DNA from: Sminthopsis crassicaudata
Lineage: Eukaryota
Length of the DNA stretch: 64,000 nt
Direction of reading: 5' to 3'
Assembly (NCBI RefSeq): GCF_048593235.1
Contig: NC_133622.1
Span: 242,513,198 to 242,577,197, forward strand
The stretch's first letter is position 1. Each line of letters opens with the position of its first letter. A program made the translations under genes and the position numbers. Under the pieces are notes generated by a model that was not told where the DNA came from, made no database searches, and saw only the letters and a list, made by a program, of their open reading frames with translations. Positions 10,276 to 24,008 of the stretch are shown here, one piece after another.

Positions 10276-11640
10276 AAACCAACAAATCGAGAGTCACAAA
10301 AACTGAGTTTGAGTCTTGGCTTTGTTACTTGTGATTACTTGGACAGGTTATTTAAACTCTCTGAGCATCAGTTTATTCATCTGCAAAATAAGGAAGTTGG
10401 TCTACAGGACCATCAATGTTCCTAAGCTTTAGATCTTTTGATAATCTAAGCAAAAATAGTTTATAAAAGTATTATGCCCTTGGTAGAACTCCCATTGGAC
10501 AGTAAATAGGAGCTGGGGACATGAACTACCTGAGAAGAGAATGTTAGAGAGAGAGTAGACAGTAATTGCTGCATACATTGGAGATCCACTCTATCTGTTT
10601 AGACCAGTTATTTGCCCTCTATAAGTATCTGTTTCATCTTTTGGAAAAAGAGAGCAATAAGACCCACACAGTCTGTCTTATGGTGAGAAATTTACTTTGT
10701 CAGTTTCAAATAATATGAAAATGTTTCATCATCATTATCCAATGCAAATTTTTCTACAAAATGAATGGGATGGATGATCTCTAAGGTTCTTTCTTTCTCA
10801 AGTTATAATTTTTGTAGTTCCAAAGAACTGTACAGATAATATTCTAGAAACTATATAATAAAACTCTCAGTGTCCTTTCCATTTTTAGAAATATTCTATT
10901 GAATGTGCACAATGTAAAATAATACTAGCATAAACAGTCCACTCCACTCCCCACCTCCCATTTTATAAATAAGCAGGTCAAAATGTAAAGAACAGGAGGG
11001 AAAAAACATCCTTTCCAGATAGTAGCATGGCATGACTAAAAGCTGTCTCTGATCTCTCCTCATCATCAGTTAACTTGTTATTTTCTATGAGCAAATCTCT
11101 TCCCTCTCTTCCATTTTCCCAATCCAATCCTGTACACATTAGAACACTACTCCATGGGATATAAATTCATTACACAGATTTCTTTTCAATCCTACCTGTG
11201 AAAGAAATGACATTTTCATAGTGACACTAAGGTCAGAAGATTGTCTGCTGAGGAAGCATTTATACCTAGTCTGATACTTGATATTTCATAAGATTTTCTC
11301 AAATGTATGAAGAAGGAGCAATTCAAGTGGGAAATCTTGAATATGCCCAGAGGATTTTGCCAATCAGTAGGATTGCATTGGGATTTGGAAATATGGGCCT
11401 GTTTTCTGTTATACTCACCATTACTTGTGTTGCATCATGGTTTTGTCACAGGTATACAGGGAAATCAGACCTCTGTATAGCACATCAATAAACTGTTAGC
11501 AGTTTTAGAAAAGAATAATACCCCTACCCAATGTGAGAGCTAAACATAACCCAGGAAGGTTTCTTATTGTGTAAGCATTGTCCCAACTATGAGAGATAAG
11601 AATCAATTTGAATACAATAAATAAAGCCTATATTTCTTTC

Positions 11641-12063
11641 ATGGCAACTAGGTTGTGTGATGGATAGAGTATCAGTTCTGAAGTCACGAAGACTCAATCT
11701 TTGTGAGTTCAAAACTAATCTCAGATTCTTACTATCTATATGATGCTGGAGAAGTCATTTTACCCTCTCTGCCTCAGTTTCCTACTTTGTAAAATGAGCT
11801 AGAGATGGATAATAACAAACCACTCCATTATCTTTGACAAGAAAATCCCCATGTGGTGTAATGCAGAGTAGAATATGTCTGAAATGACCACAGTAATGAT
11901 GTAGATGGTTAAAAAGAGGACAAAGAATAGGACCTGAAGTTCCAGGCGATGGGTTAGTCCTAGGAGAATAAACTGGGGATTTGTTGTGACATTCTTATTC
12001 ATCACTTCTCCAAAGGAGCTCCACATTCGTATTTCCTAATATATAAGGAACATACTGAAATAA
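11641..12063 (+). mobile_element. MAR1-type SINE whose tail is split by an inserted OR fragment
   Basis: tRNA-like head ggcaactagg...gatagag, core tcagtttcct..tgtaaaatgag, ccactccattatctttgacaagaaaatccc; tail tgaaatgac ends at 11888 and resumes actgaaataa at 12054. Confidence 0.7.
11887..12053 (-). pseudogene. 167-bp copy of the 5' end of the OR5M8-like gene
   Basis: Matches 14698-14873 with 3 substitutions and one 9-bp deletion (cttggtttt); explains the ORF 11799-12026. Confidence 0.9.
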
Positions 12064-13877
12064 ACTGGCAGGTAGTCAGTAAATACTTGTAAGAGATCCC
12101 ATATGGTACAATGATCAGAGCATTGACCTTGGAGACAAGACTTAGCTTTTTAAGTATTTGACCTAGGCCGCATCACTTTACCCATCAAGACTTCCTTTTC
12201 CTTTCTACAAAATGAAAGCCTCAAACTAGATAATTTCTACTGTCATTCCTTCTACTTCTGATCATGTATTTCACTTAATAGTCATTGTAAAGCTTGATTA
12301 TTACATATACTCAAGAATTTCATTGGTAGATAATTTCCATTTCTTATTCCTTGCTTACTATAACAGGCTCTTGACAATAATTCTTTTTACTACAAGTAAA
12401 TGAAATATTGGTAAGTAGTAAGGAACCAAAAAACAGTCCAACATTTTGTTAACTCACATACACATTTTGCTTTTTTATACAATACAAATAGTAGATATAA
12501 GGATATAGGGAACACATGTAATCCACTTAATCAACTCCTTAGCTCTAAGGTTCATTCAAGTACCAAGAGATGATGGAGAAAACATAATGATTCCAGTAAA
12601 TCATCTTTTCCATAGTTGCGTGCTTGTATTTAAGTAGATAGAAAAGTTCAAAGTCAATAAAAAAAGAAAAAAAAGAAGTTAGACTCTTTTTATAAACATA
12701 CCATTCTAAGCTAAAAAAAGAACCCAAGAAGTTCTGAATCCAGCAACCATGAAGAAATTGATTAAAGAACTATACAAGTGCTAGTGAATTTTCCTTTAGT
12801 TCTCACTGTATTATATCTTTAGATGTACCAGATATTCTAGGATTTTTTTTCTCTGCTTTTATCTCCTTTCCTCCCACTGGGGAAAATCCTCTGCTGACCA
12901 GAGATATTGTATGACTTGACATCACACCACTAGTGTGGGAATAAGTTCAGCATAATGCAGGAATTTTAAAAGAAATGGTTAATGAATCCAAGGATCAGGG
13001 AGGCATAGTGGACCTAAAATGCAATTTTCTTTAATGGTCACTTCATGGATGAAGAAAACTGGTGTCCAGAAAAAGGAATTGACTTTCTGAAGAGACCCCA
13101 CATGATCATGAATTCAGTGTATACTGTATATGCATACTAAAGTATCCATAGATCAGATAGTATAAGGAGCCAGTCATTAATCAATAAGAATCTGTGTTTT
13201 CAATTAAATAAAATTTTCTCTCTACAACGTCACTCACACCCAAGGAAAACAAAACAAAGCAAAAAAAAATGATAAATAAGCATAATAAAACAAAATAAAT
13301 TATCACTTGGGTTATATCGAAAAATATATCTCTTTCTAAAACCAGCCTATTTTGTTTACATTAGAAGGTGAGCAAAACTCATCACTGATTTTCTTAAATA
13401 ATTGGTCATTGTATTGATCAGACTTCTTAAGTTTTTTAAAGTTTGTCTTTACAATGTTTCATCAAGTACCTTCTAAATGTTAGAATCTGTGCAAGGTGCT
13501 AGGCATATGAAGACAAAAATCAAAGTCTCTAGATTTCAGAAGATTCTGTTTTGTTGGTATAATACACATATATAAGAACAGAAAAAAAACATTAAAGTAA
13601 ACAATCCAATAGCATTAAACATCATTATTATGTTCATATAGACAATTGTCCAATCTGTAATTTAGAATACCTGATTGAATTTTAAAATTCCAAAATTTAT
13701 TTAATTCTAATGATTAATTTAAACTTTAACTAGGAAAAATATTTAATTTTACAGCTGTTAAGTAAATATCAATCATTCTGATAAAAAGTGAAAAAAGACA
13801 AAACATAGATTTGAAGTTTTACTAACATTATTAGCTTATAAAATAATAAACTATTTTAGACAACCCAACACTGAAAT

Positions 13878-14837
13878 TTATTTAGAAAGTTCTTTTTTGA
13901 AGAGTTCTTTGCTTAAGGCTTCTTTAACATCTTTGTTCCTTAAGCTGTAAATCATGGGGTTCAACATGGGGATCACTGTGGTATAAAACACAGCTACCAT
14001 TTTCCCTCGTTCCACAGACTTCTCAGAGGGTGGTGTTAGGTACATGAAGAAGAGAGTTGCATAAAATATAGTGACAGCTGTCAAATGAGACCCACAGGTA
14101 GAGAAGGCCTTCCGTCTGCTGTCTGCAGAGCGAAGCCTGAAGATTGCTGGGAAAATGTACAAATAGGAAATGAGAATGATGAGCAGGGAAAAGGTGAGGT
14201 TAAATCCAGCAACAACAAACATTGATGTCTCTTTGTTGTAAGTACTAGAACAAGCTAATTTGATGAGAGGAGGGTCAGCACAGTAGAAATGATTAATCTC
14301 ATTGGGGCCACAGAATGATAAGCTATAGGTCCACATGGTCTCCATGAGGCCTGTGAGAGAGCCATAGACATAAGGCACTGAGATGAGAGAGGAGCAGACA
14401 GTTGGGGACATCTTACTGCCATAGAGCAGAGGATTGCAGATGGCCATGTAGCGATCAAAAGCCATCACAGCCAGGATGTAGATTTCCACATGGACCAAAG
14501 CAATAAAAAGGTAACACTGCACCAAGCAGGCTGAGTAGGAGATGGTGGTCTTTTCCACTATGAAAGTCTCCAGCATCTTTGGACTTACATTGGAAGAGAA
14601 ACAGAGGTCCACAAAAGACAAGTGACTCAGGAAAAAGTACATGGGTGTGTGAAGCCGGGGAGTGATTCTCACTAGCACTATCATTCCCAGGTTCCCCACC
14701 ACAGTGATGATGTAGATGGTTAGAAAGAGGACAAAGAATAGGACCTGAAGTTCCAGGCGATGGGTTAGTCCTAGGAGAATAAACTGGGGATTTGTTGTGA
14801 CATTCTTACTCATCACTTCTCCAAAGGAGCTCCACAT
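13878..14837 (-). CDS. OR5M8: Olfactory receptor OR5M8-like (319 aa; alternative start 14813, MSKNVT)
   Basis: Intact OR motifs. Diagnostic segments recalled from human OR5M8: [60 protein letters not shown]. Confidence 0.88.
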   Translation of the reverse strand: MWSSFGEVMSKNVTTNPQFILLGLTHRLELQVLFFVLFLTIYIITVVGNLGMIVLVRITPRLHTPMYFFLSHLSFVDLCFSSNVSPKMLETFIVEKTTISYSACLVQCYLFIALVHVEIYILAVMAFDRYMAICNPLLYGSKMSPTVCSSLISVPYVYGSLTGLMETMWTYSLSFCGPNEINHFYCADPPLIKLACSSTYNKETSMFVVAGFNLTFSLLIILISYLYIFPAIFRLRSADSRRKAFSTCGSHLTAVTIFYATLFFMYLTPPSEKSVERGKMVAVFYTTVIPMLNPMIYSLRNKDVKEALSKELFKKELSK

Positions 14838-15742
14838 TCCTTGGTTTTGTATTTCCTAATATATAAGGAACATTAAATGAAAAAAAAAAATACTAATACA
14901 AATAAGAGAGAAAACTTTTATTTTAAAAATAAATGACTTCCATTTTCTTCCTCAACTTTCACTCTGGGCTTTTATTTCTGTTACTTCTATTCAAAACATT
15001 TCCTTGAATGAACAAGGCAGCTTGTGGTGGCAATTCCCCAATGGTGAGAAGCAACTAGGAGTACTAGACATGAATTAGGATAACCTCAATTAGTATCTTA
15101 GTGTATGAACACAGGCAAGTTCCATTTGACTTCTCCAAGCTTATCTTAAGTAGAATTTCAAAGGAAACAAATTATATATATATATTTTTTCCAATCCACA
15201 TTTAAAGATCCCTTGAAATCTATTTTTGAATTCCACAAGAGATCTGTGAGCCCCATTATGAACTACTCATAGAAAGCCTATGACATTCCTTCCCATTCTA
15301 ATTCTTATTCTGTATATGTGAAGTTGAATATTTTACCTAAATATAGAACTTTTACTTGTTTCCCATGAAATATCCTCTAAGTGTGTTTAACTCATTATAT
15401 TTGTTGATTGAGAAATATGAACTCTGTCTCTCAGGCTTCAATCTCTCTGTCCAACCTTTGGGCTATTTGAAAGTCTGAGAGGAAGCTTTGATTCCCTTAT
15501 TCAAAGGATTGTTAAAAGTGTTTGTTTGTTTGTTTCCCATTTAGTATTTTATTATTTTTCAAATCACATTTTCTAAATTCATTTTGTACTCTTCCCAAGA
15601 TAAAAAAGTTTACTAGCACAGAGACAAAGACAAATTCCAGAGAATTACATTATAACTACAAACGTGCATTTGATGTTGACTAATTAGTTAGTGCTCATTG
15701 GATCCAGGTAATCAACTAATTCATTCGACATTTTCTTGTCTT

Positions 15743-15988
15743 ATTGCTCAGTTGTTTCACTTAAATCTGATTTTTCTTGGCCCCATTTGATATTTTCTTG
15801 GCAAAAATACTAATGTATAGTTTGACATTTCTCCAGCTTATTTTATACATGAGGAAATTGAGACAAACAAAGTTAAGTTACTTGCTCATGGTCATACAGT
15901 TAGTAAATATTTGAGGGCAGATTTGAACTCACAAAGATGAGTCTGCCTCACTCCAGTCCAGGTCCTCTAACCACTGCACCAATTAGCT
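15743..15988 (-). mobile_element. MAR1-type SINE, antisense
   Basis: ttttcttggcaaaaatact...gaggaaattgagacaaac...agatttgaactcacaaagatgagtct...ccactgcacc. Similar copies at ~18925-19125 (+), ~32220-32460 (-), ~41830-42075 (-) and ~56730-56975 (+). Confidence 0.7.
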
Positions 15989-17062
15989 ATTATAATTTAG
16001 TTGATCCCTTTTCATCTCATTCACAAGCATAGCATTGGAGACTTTTATCAGACTCTGCTTAAATGTAAGTATCTTATGACTTTAGGACAAACTTTTCTCT
16101 ATTCCTCCATCTTATTTACAGTTCAAGCCTTTATGGCTGGAATGTATTTCCTTTTTGTCTCCACCTCACTAAGTCCTTTTTATTGTTAAAAATCAATCTA
16201 AGAATCTTGTTCTTCAACAACCTATTCTTGATCTTTCCCAGCTATTGGTTTCCTCCCTTCTGGACTCTCAGATATTGGAACTACTTTGTATAGATATTTG
16301 TTTTCATTAAGATTTGTGTTGCATTACATTACCAGAATTTTCAGGTTACTTTAAATCTTTGATTATCTTAAAGTTGCCCTAAAACTTTTGGGGTATGTAT
16401 TTTTACCTATAAGTATAATATCCTTCCCCCTTTTTGAATGTAAACTTTCCATAAGTAGGGGTTTTTAAGCTTTCTTTCCATTTATATCTCCATCACCTAA
16501 CACTATGCCTGGAACAGAGTATATACTTCATAGATTCAGATTGATCGATTAGTCATAGATTCAGTTTAATTGGTGAATAAATAATTTGCAAGACTTATTC
16601 TTGAGGAAGCTCTTCTTGTTTCAGTAATCATTGTTTCTGATTCTAATTGCTATCAAATTATAATATTATTCCAAAATTTTGTCAGGAATAAAAATCAACC
16701 TTACTTTTCTATAGACTACAAAATATGCTTTAAAAAATTAAATTAGGAACACCTAATCTTTTTTTTTTTTCAATTTGCTTCCAAAAATAATTTAAAGACT
16801 ATCTAGAGTGACATTAGAAACACAATTACAAATTCCTTAAGTGTTGTAGGAGTTCATTCATCTAGGACTGATAAGTATAATTCACTGGGTCAATTAGAGG
16901 TTGCCTTAATCACCTTATTTAATTTGGGTTTCCACTTCTGAACTACTTTTGTTCCATTCTTCCTCATGGAAAAAATAATTTTACATTGATAAGAAAACAG
17001 AAGCAAACTGAGAATTAAATATTTTAATCTTTAACCTTCTTCCCACCCCATCTCTGATGGTC

Positions 17063-17230
17063 NNNNNNNNNNNNNNNNNNNNNNNNNNNNNNNNNNNNNN
17101 NNNNNNNNNNNNNNNNNNNNNNNNNNNNNNNNNNNNNNNNNNNNNNNNNNNNNNNNNNNNNNNNNNNNNNNNNNNNNNNNNNNNNNNNNNNNNNNNNNNN
17201 NNNNNNNNNNNNNNNNNNNNNNNNNNNNNN
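17063..17230. other. Assembly gap (N run)
   Basis: Run of N next to a purine-rich low-complexity tract. Confidence 1.
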
Positions 17231-17879
17231 AAGGAGAGAAGGAAGAAAGTTAGGGAAGAGGGAAAGAAGGAAGGAGGGAAGAAAGGGAGAGAGGGTAGGA
17301 GGAAGAAAGAAAAAAGGTAATAGCAACAATATCTTTTTCATATAATTGCTGCAGAGATAATATTTTGTAAACTGTAAAACATTGTAATTGTTATGATATG
17401 TAAGAAAATAAATGAGAATTATTTTCATAATGGTACAGAAAAAGAAAGATAAAAAACAAATACTCAGCCTGATTTCCCTTTATAAAAAAAATATTTCATT
17501 GAATCTTACCGGTAGAAAAAAACCTCATAGATTATAGTCAGAATTTTATAGCCTGAAGGAACATCGATGTCAAAATTCCATTATTTCACACAGGAAAATA
17601 TTGAGGAGTCAGTGGCAAAGAAAAGACTAGAATCGAGCTACCTCTCTCTTAGGATATTGTTGTCTCTTCTACAATCTTGGTTATCATTTTCTGTACAAAA
17701 CTCCCGAATCCCTTTTCCCTTCCTCCTTTTCTCAAACTTTAGCATTAAAATGCCACATTATAAAATCAATGAAATTTAATGGGGAAAAAAAAAATCAGCA
17801 TGTGTGAATAAATTTCTGACTTCTTTTTTCAGAACCAAAATAACAAATTATTTTGTTTGTGAAGGAAAATGTATTTTTA

Positions 17880-18020
17880 TAGTAATGAGTTCCAATAAAG
17901 ATCTGAATAAGAAGGATTTATAACAGGGATAATAATGAGAAGTTTTGTCCCTGAGGAATTTCTAGACTCACCTAGAAAGTAAATTCAAGGGGGAATTCTT
18001 GTATGTCCCAGGTGAGAGAA
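17880..18020 (-). promoter_or_regulatory. Candidate 5' non-coding exon/promoter of the OR5M8-like gene
   Basis: Minus-strand donor AG|GTGAGT at 17971. O/E-like sites TCCCTGAGGA (17948), TTCAAGGG (17984) and TCCCAGG (18006), and TAATGA at 17883 and 17933. About 3.1 kb upstream of the ATG. Such motifs are common by chance in AT-rich DNA. Confidence 0.35.
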
Positions 18021-18250
18021 GCTAACTGATAGGATTATACATATCTTTTCCTTTTTTTTTTTTTTTTTTGTTTAAAGGGATTCAGAAATGTTGCCAAATC
18101 TTGCTTTTCATTACTTATGTCACTGCTCCCAGTTGAAAACAAAAGTCAAATAGTAACATCTACCTTATGTTGAAGTGTGTGTGTTTTGTTATTGGCATCT
18201 AAAAGAATTAGAGTGGTATTGTTGTCCCCAAGAAACAATTAAAAACTTCA

Positions 18251-18411
18251 GGGGCAGCTAGGTGGCGCAGTAGATAGAGCACCAGCCCTGAAGTCAGGAG
18301 GACCTGAGTTCTAATATGATCTCATAAGCACTTAACATTTCCTGACTGTAAGATCCTGGGCAAGTCACTTAACCCCAAGTGCCTCAGCAAAATAAAACAA
18401 AAAATAAAATA
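18251..18411 (+). mobile_element. WSINE1-type short SINE with A-rich tail and TSD
   Basis: ggggcagctaggtggcgcagtagatagagcaccagccctgaagtcaggaggacctgagttc...aagtcacttaacccc; TSD AAAAACTTCAG at 18241-18251 and 18412-18422. Confidence 0.85.
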
Positions 18412-19673
18412 AAAAACTTCAGAAACAGTAGAGCAATCCTTATTTGGTATCTTTGGTTCTTATTATATGGATCTGATATAATTAATATATTTCATAGATA
18501 TCTAGAATAAAAGGTCAACTAAAATCATAGGAGACACTTTAGACTATATAACATCGAATGCCAGAATAGACAAAGAGATGTTAGAAATCTATTGAATCCA
18601 ACTCTTTCATTTTATAATAAAATGAACTGAGGCCAAGAGGTCAAAGCGTCAAAGCACTCAACTATCAAATTATTTTGAACCTGAAATGAGGTCATCAATA
18701 ACACCTCCTATTCCTTTATTTTATGCTTTATTGACTCCGTTCCGATCTCTAAATTGGAGCATTTCACCAATTCCCACATCTGTCCCAAGGGATCTGTTTG
18801 TATTTCTTTGCTGAAGCCGGCTATCTTTTGAGATTCCCAATAACTTTGCAAACAGTCAGGGAAGATATGGCTTACACTGACTTGTCGTCTTTGGCTATTA
18901 CTTTTGCCATTCAAGAAAACTCATTTTTTTTGAGTTCATATCTGGCCTTAGATACTTATTAGCTGTCTGATATGGGCAAGTCACTTCACCCTGCTTGTAT
19001 TAGTCTCCTCAACTGCAAAATGACCTGAAAAAAGGAATGGAAAACCACTCCAATATCTTTGCCAAGTAAATCCTAAATGAGATCACAAAAAGTAGGACAC
19101 GATAGAAACAAATGAGCAACAGCAAGAAGGGACATGCCTAAGAACATATATAAGGTGTTGGGGATTCAAAGGAGCAAAACATGAAATTGCCAGTGCTGTT
19201 AAAAAGCTTATATTCTATTGAAATGAGAAACCATTTTGGATGCTTTGAAATCCCAAAGTGTTTGCTTATTCTAGCCACAAATAAATGGGGAAACAGGTTT
19301 CTCTATATGCTCAGGATGTAGGAATTAATCTTCCATGAACAGGTAAGGGAAAGCTTTACATAGGTACATGAAAAAAATCCCTGGGGCATGGGTAAGGTAG
19401 CTAATACTATATTCATTTCACAGATGAGAAAACCAAAGCTCGGGTGAGAGGTTTTCCAAAGATGCATAGGTAGAGAGTGTCAACACTGAGTTTCTGACTT
19501 CAATGTTTTCAGTCTATGTTAATTTTTCATTCTGGGGCAGCTGTATTGTGTCCCCTAAATACATAATAGAATATTTCCAGATGGCCATCTTTTTTTTCCA
19601 TAGAAAATTGAAACAAAATGAATAAAATAAATTATTTACTTCAGTGTAAATTTCTTTAATACTGTTCAACAAA

Positions 19674-19985
19674 TGTGTCACAGGAGCCATCTGACAATGG
19701 CTGCTAGAGATCCAACCTAGACCTGCAGAATGGAGCTCCTCATGTGAAAGGATGATACAAGGAGACTGAGAGGCAGTTGCTGTTCTCTGACCTCCCTCCT
19801 CCTCCCTCTACCTCCAATTTATTTCATTTCCAGTCCACAAGCAACACCTGTGTCAGTAAAGGCTGCTCCTCAACTCCCTTAAGTGTCACAATCCACACCT
19901 GGCAACTCCCTCAAGTGTCACAATCCACAGCTGCTGAAGCTCCCAGAGAATGACCTGCCCTTTCACCCAGGCATGGTCTTTAACA
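19674..19985. mobile_element. Solo LTR (312 bp)
   Basis: TG...CA termini flanked by AACAAA on both sides (19668-19673, 19986-19991). Internal 27-bp direct repeat caactccct(t/c)aagtgtcacaatccaca at 19871 and 19903. Confidence 0.7.
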
Positions 19986-22397
19986 AACAAACATTAAGTA
20001 CTGTTTATGTGTAAAGTTTTATACCAAGTTCTGTGAGTGTAAAGATTAAAATTTTTAAGTGACATGGTCCCCTTTCTTCAGGAAGCTTGAACTCTAAAAG
20101 GTAATCATTTGTTTTATTATTATGATGTAGATATATAAATAGACAACTATTTCAATATAATGTATTTTATTTTAAAACTAAACATTTAATTTTTGCTTAA
20201 AAACATTCTAAGACTAGACCATCTATCTAGTCCAACCCTCTCACTTTACAGATGAGGAAACTAAGGACCCAGAGGTAATGACTTGAACTCCTAGATCTGA
20301 TTCCATGTCTCCTAAGTCCAAATCTAATGATGCTTCTAATATTTCACAAAGGATTGTACAAATACAAAGAAGTAGTTATGACTGATTTAACATTGGAACA
20401 TGCCTTTATGGGAAGATAGACGTTCACTTCACTGGGGTCTCTTTAAACATCAAATAGACATCCATTTTCTCTAAATTGTTTAGATCCTGACCAAACAGAC
20501 TTTGGGTTAATAATATACTCATACTATATTATTATTTTAACTTTTATAATTATACATATATAATTTATTTTATTATAAAATGTTTTATTTAAATTATATA
20601 TGATATATTATACACATAATTATTTTAAATATTTAAAATATGTATATTGATATATTTTTTTTATTTCTTATAGCACAATAGTATTATTCCCCTTTCCCTT
20701 CCCAGAGACCATCGTCGTATATGAAAATATTTTTGGAGACACCAAAAGAGGGGGAAAATCAGCACAACTAATCAAAATAATAAGAAAATTTGAAAATGTG
20801 TGCATTGTTTAAGATCTGTGGATCTTCCACTTCCAGTAAAGGTAGGTTGGAAAAGTTTTCTCTTATTTCTCAATATGATTCTCACTTGGTATATATAATT
20901 TTGTTACTTTTACTATTGATTTCTTAGTTTGTCATTCTTTCTATGTAAAATGCTATAGTTACTGTTTCTACATTCACTTATTCATACTGATATCTCTCTT
21001 TAGTAGTTCATATTGATATTTCATTCATCACACTCATCATTTCTTACAGCACAATAATATTCCATTACTTTCAGTACCGAGATTTGTATAGCGATCTACT
21101 TTGTTTCCAATCGTTAATTATCTATCAAAAAAGGGCTATTATAATTGTTTGGGAGCATATGTATGCTTTTTTCTCATTAGTGATCTCCTTATAATATAAG
21201 ACCTAGTATAAGGTCTATAATGAAGTCTCTGATTCCATGGTTTTAGACATTTTAATCACTTGATATGTGTAATTCCAAATTGCTTTCCAAAATTTTGTAC
21301 CACATCACAGTGATCTGTGAATTTTTTTGATTGTAATTTCATTTTTTTTCTAACAAATTTTGGGCTCTTCTCTTCTTTTATTTATTTCATTATGGTGTTG
21401 GGGCTTTTTTTATCCCTTTTATTCTTCTTGAAGACCTATGACCCTTAGGTTGTGTCTGTGCAAACTGCAATTTTAGCATATTTTGACTGCATGGTGAACA
21501 TATTTTCACTTACTTCCTAATTCCCTCCACTCTGATGGTAGTTTCCATAGGGGATGGATTTTAAAACATCCCATCCTCCTCCATCTCTAGACAATTCATG
21601 GTCTTTGTCCCCAATGACTTTTGTGTGCTTAGAACTAGCCCCAATTTGATGCTCAGACATAGTGGAATATTATTCTATCCTATATAGCTTCCTACATTCA
21701 CTATATCCTTTCCAAGAGAACCATGCCAACTCTCTCTATTGCTCAGTTCTCTAGCAATTTCAAGCCTGCTTTCTCTAGGATCAGTGCTTCTGGGTTGCAG
21801 CCTTTAGAAGGCTTTTGTTCCCCAAGAGCCATGGCTAAGGTGTTGGCTAAGCCAAACTTCCATAGTTTAGACTTGAGATTTCTTTGGCATTAGAAAAAAA
21901 GAGGAGGTGGGGATAAGAGAGTGAAGAAAATGTGTGTTTGTGTCTATTAATGCAGCCTTGCTGTCAGTACTGTAAGAGATCCTAAAGATTGCTAAGTAAG
22001 CTCATTGTCAGTGAGCATCAAATCATGGATTTTTAACCATTAGGATTCTTGGAGTCTTAGATGTAGAAGGCCACAGATAGTGGGAGAACTCTAGGCTGAA
22101 GGGTCTTATACCTTACCCAGAGTTCCCTAATTATCTGTGGCCCTCTACACTAGACTTGGGAACTCCTGAAGTTACTTTTTCTTTGGTATATAATTTCTGT
22201 CTTTGAGAGATCTGAAAAGTTATGGGGATCAGAAAACTATCTAGTTGGCCATTGAATCAGTCTTATTTCTACTCCTTACACTCTTAAAATTATTGAATAC
22301 CCCAAAGAAAGCTTTTATTATATGGGCTATATGTATTAATATGAGGGTTGAAATTGAAATATTTTCATGGATTTATCAAAATAGTTTTAACTTTATA

Positions 22398-22640
22398 GGA
22401 GAAAGGATTAAAGAAAGAAGGAAAGATTAAAAAGGAAGCAAGAATAAAGCAGAGGGTAGAAGGAGAGAAAGAATAGAGGAAGAAGGGAAAAAAGGAGAAA
22501 GAGAGGGAGGAAGGAAAGGAAAAGAGAAAAATGGGAGTAGAGAAAAATGGGAGTAAGAAAGGGAAGGACAAAGAAATAAAAAAACAACAACAAAAAGGAA
22601 GCAGTTTGAAGGAAAGAAAGAAAAAAAAAGAAAGAAAGTA
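22398..22640. repeat. GA-rich low-complexity tract
   Basis: Almost pure A/G run; source of the F/S/L-rich spurious ORFs. Confidence 0.85.
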
Positions 22641-23334
22641 AGAAATAGGATTATGATGATCATCATCATAAAAAACTTATATTTAAACAATGCTTTGAAG
22701 GTGGCAAAGAACTTTAAACACTTTATATCATTTGAGTCTCCAAAGAGTTTTATGACATCGTTGCTATTATTAACTTTACAGAAGAAATTGAATCTTGGAG
22801 AAATACAAGGCTGGTTTTCATGTTAGTGAGTTTTTAGTTATCTCAGTATTTTATAATTATGTCTTTAAAATTTCCTTTTTTTCCAGGATAATTTAGGTAA
22901 CACTTAATTACAAGTCTTAAGATTTTCCCCATATCCAAGAGACTTGTTAGAATTATAAATCCATGTAAGCCCAAGTGACTTTTCATAAACATTTGGATTT
23001 TATTGGACCAATTGATTTTACAAATTTATAACAAGAAAATAACTACCTACTTTAATTTGTCAGTGCAATATTATCCTGAATCTCTAAAACAAACAACAGT
23101 TGAGTGTTTGTTTGTTTGTTTGTTTATTTGGAAGAGGAGAAGGGTACATCAAGTCTATGTTTTTACATAAGTAATGTGATGCACATACTTGAAATGGTAA
23201 AAAGTTCCATGAGGTGGTGTGTTCCATCCAGATCCTTGATGTCTTATCTTCTTGTCTCCGATCCCTCTTTCTATGACACTATGTGGTATAGCTTTTAGAA
23301 TCACTGGAATACTATGAACAAAAATGACTAAGAT

Positions 23335-23430
23335 TTATTTAGAGAGATCTTTTCTGAAAAGTTCTTTACTTAAGGCCTCTTTCACATCTTTGTTCCTTAA
23401 TCTATAGATCATGGGGTTCAACATGGGTAT
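23335..23430 (-). pseudogene. 96-bp 3' remnant of an OR5M8 paralog
   Basis: Translates [31 protein letters not shown]; about 11 differences in 95 bp versus 13878-13973. Confidence 0.85.
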
Positions 23431-24008
23431 TTAAACTTCAATTTAAGTGTTCTTTGTGACTTCAAATTAAGTGTTCTTTGGAATCTCTGCTAATTTATTA
23501 TCCTAGGTAGGAAGTTACCTGTGATGGGGCCCACTTAGTACAAAATGGAATAGAATCTCTCCAGTTGACTAATTTCACTTTTATCTTCACAGAAAACTGA
23601 ATCAAAATTAATAGAATTAAGTTTCTGCAAAAAGAGTCTTAATTTCAATATTTATTTCCCTAATACAATTCCACAAACACTGATTTAGTGCTACTTATGT
23701 GTAAAACAGTAAGCTATATTCTGAAGGTACTAAGATTTTTTTTTTAATCCCACAATCCTTGCCTTCAAGAAATGTATATGCTAAGATTTAGTTTTTAATC
23801 TGAGAGTTCTTATTTTTTAAAAAATATTTTGATAATTTTATTTAATATAAATTGGTTTCACTTGTAATCCTGAATATTATGTTGTGCGTGTTTAAAACAT
23901 ATGTTTAAGATTACAGGTGATAAAATCAAATGCTAAGTGAGTACTGACTTGTCCAAGGTCATGTAGCTAGTTAGCAATGTCTGAGTTAAGATCTCTTGAC
24001 TCCAAATC

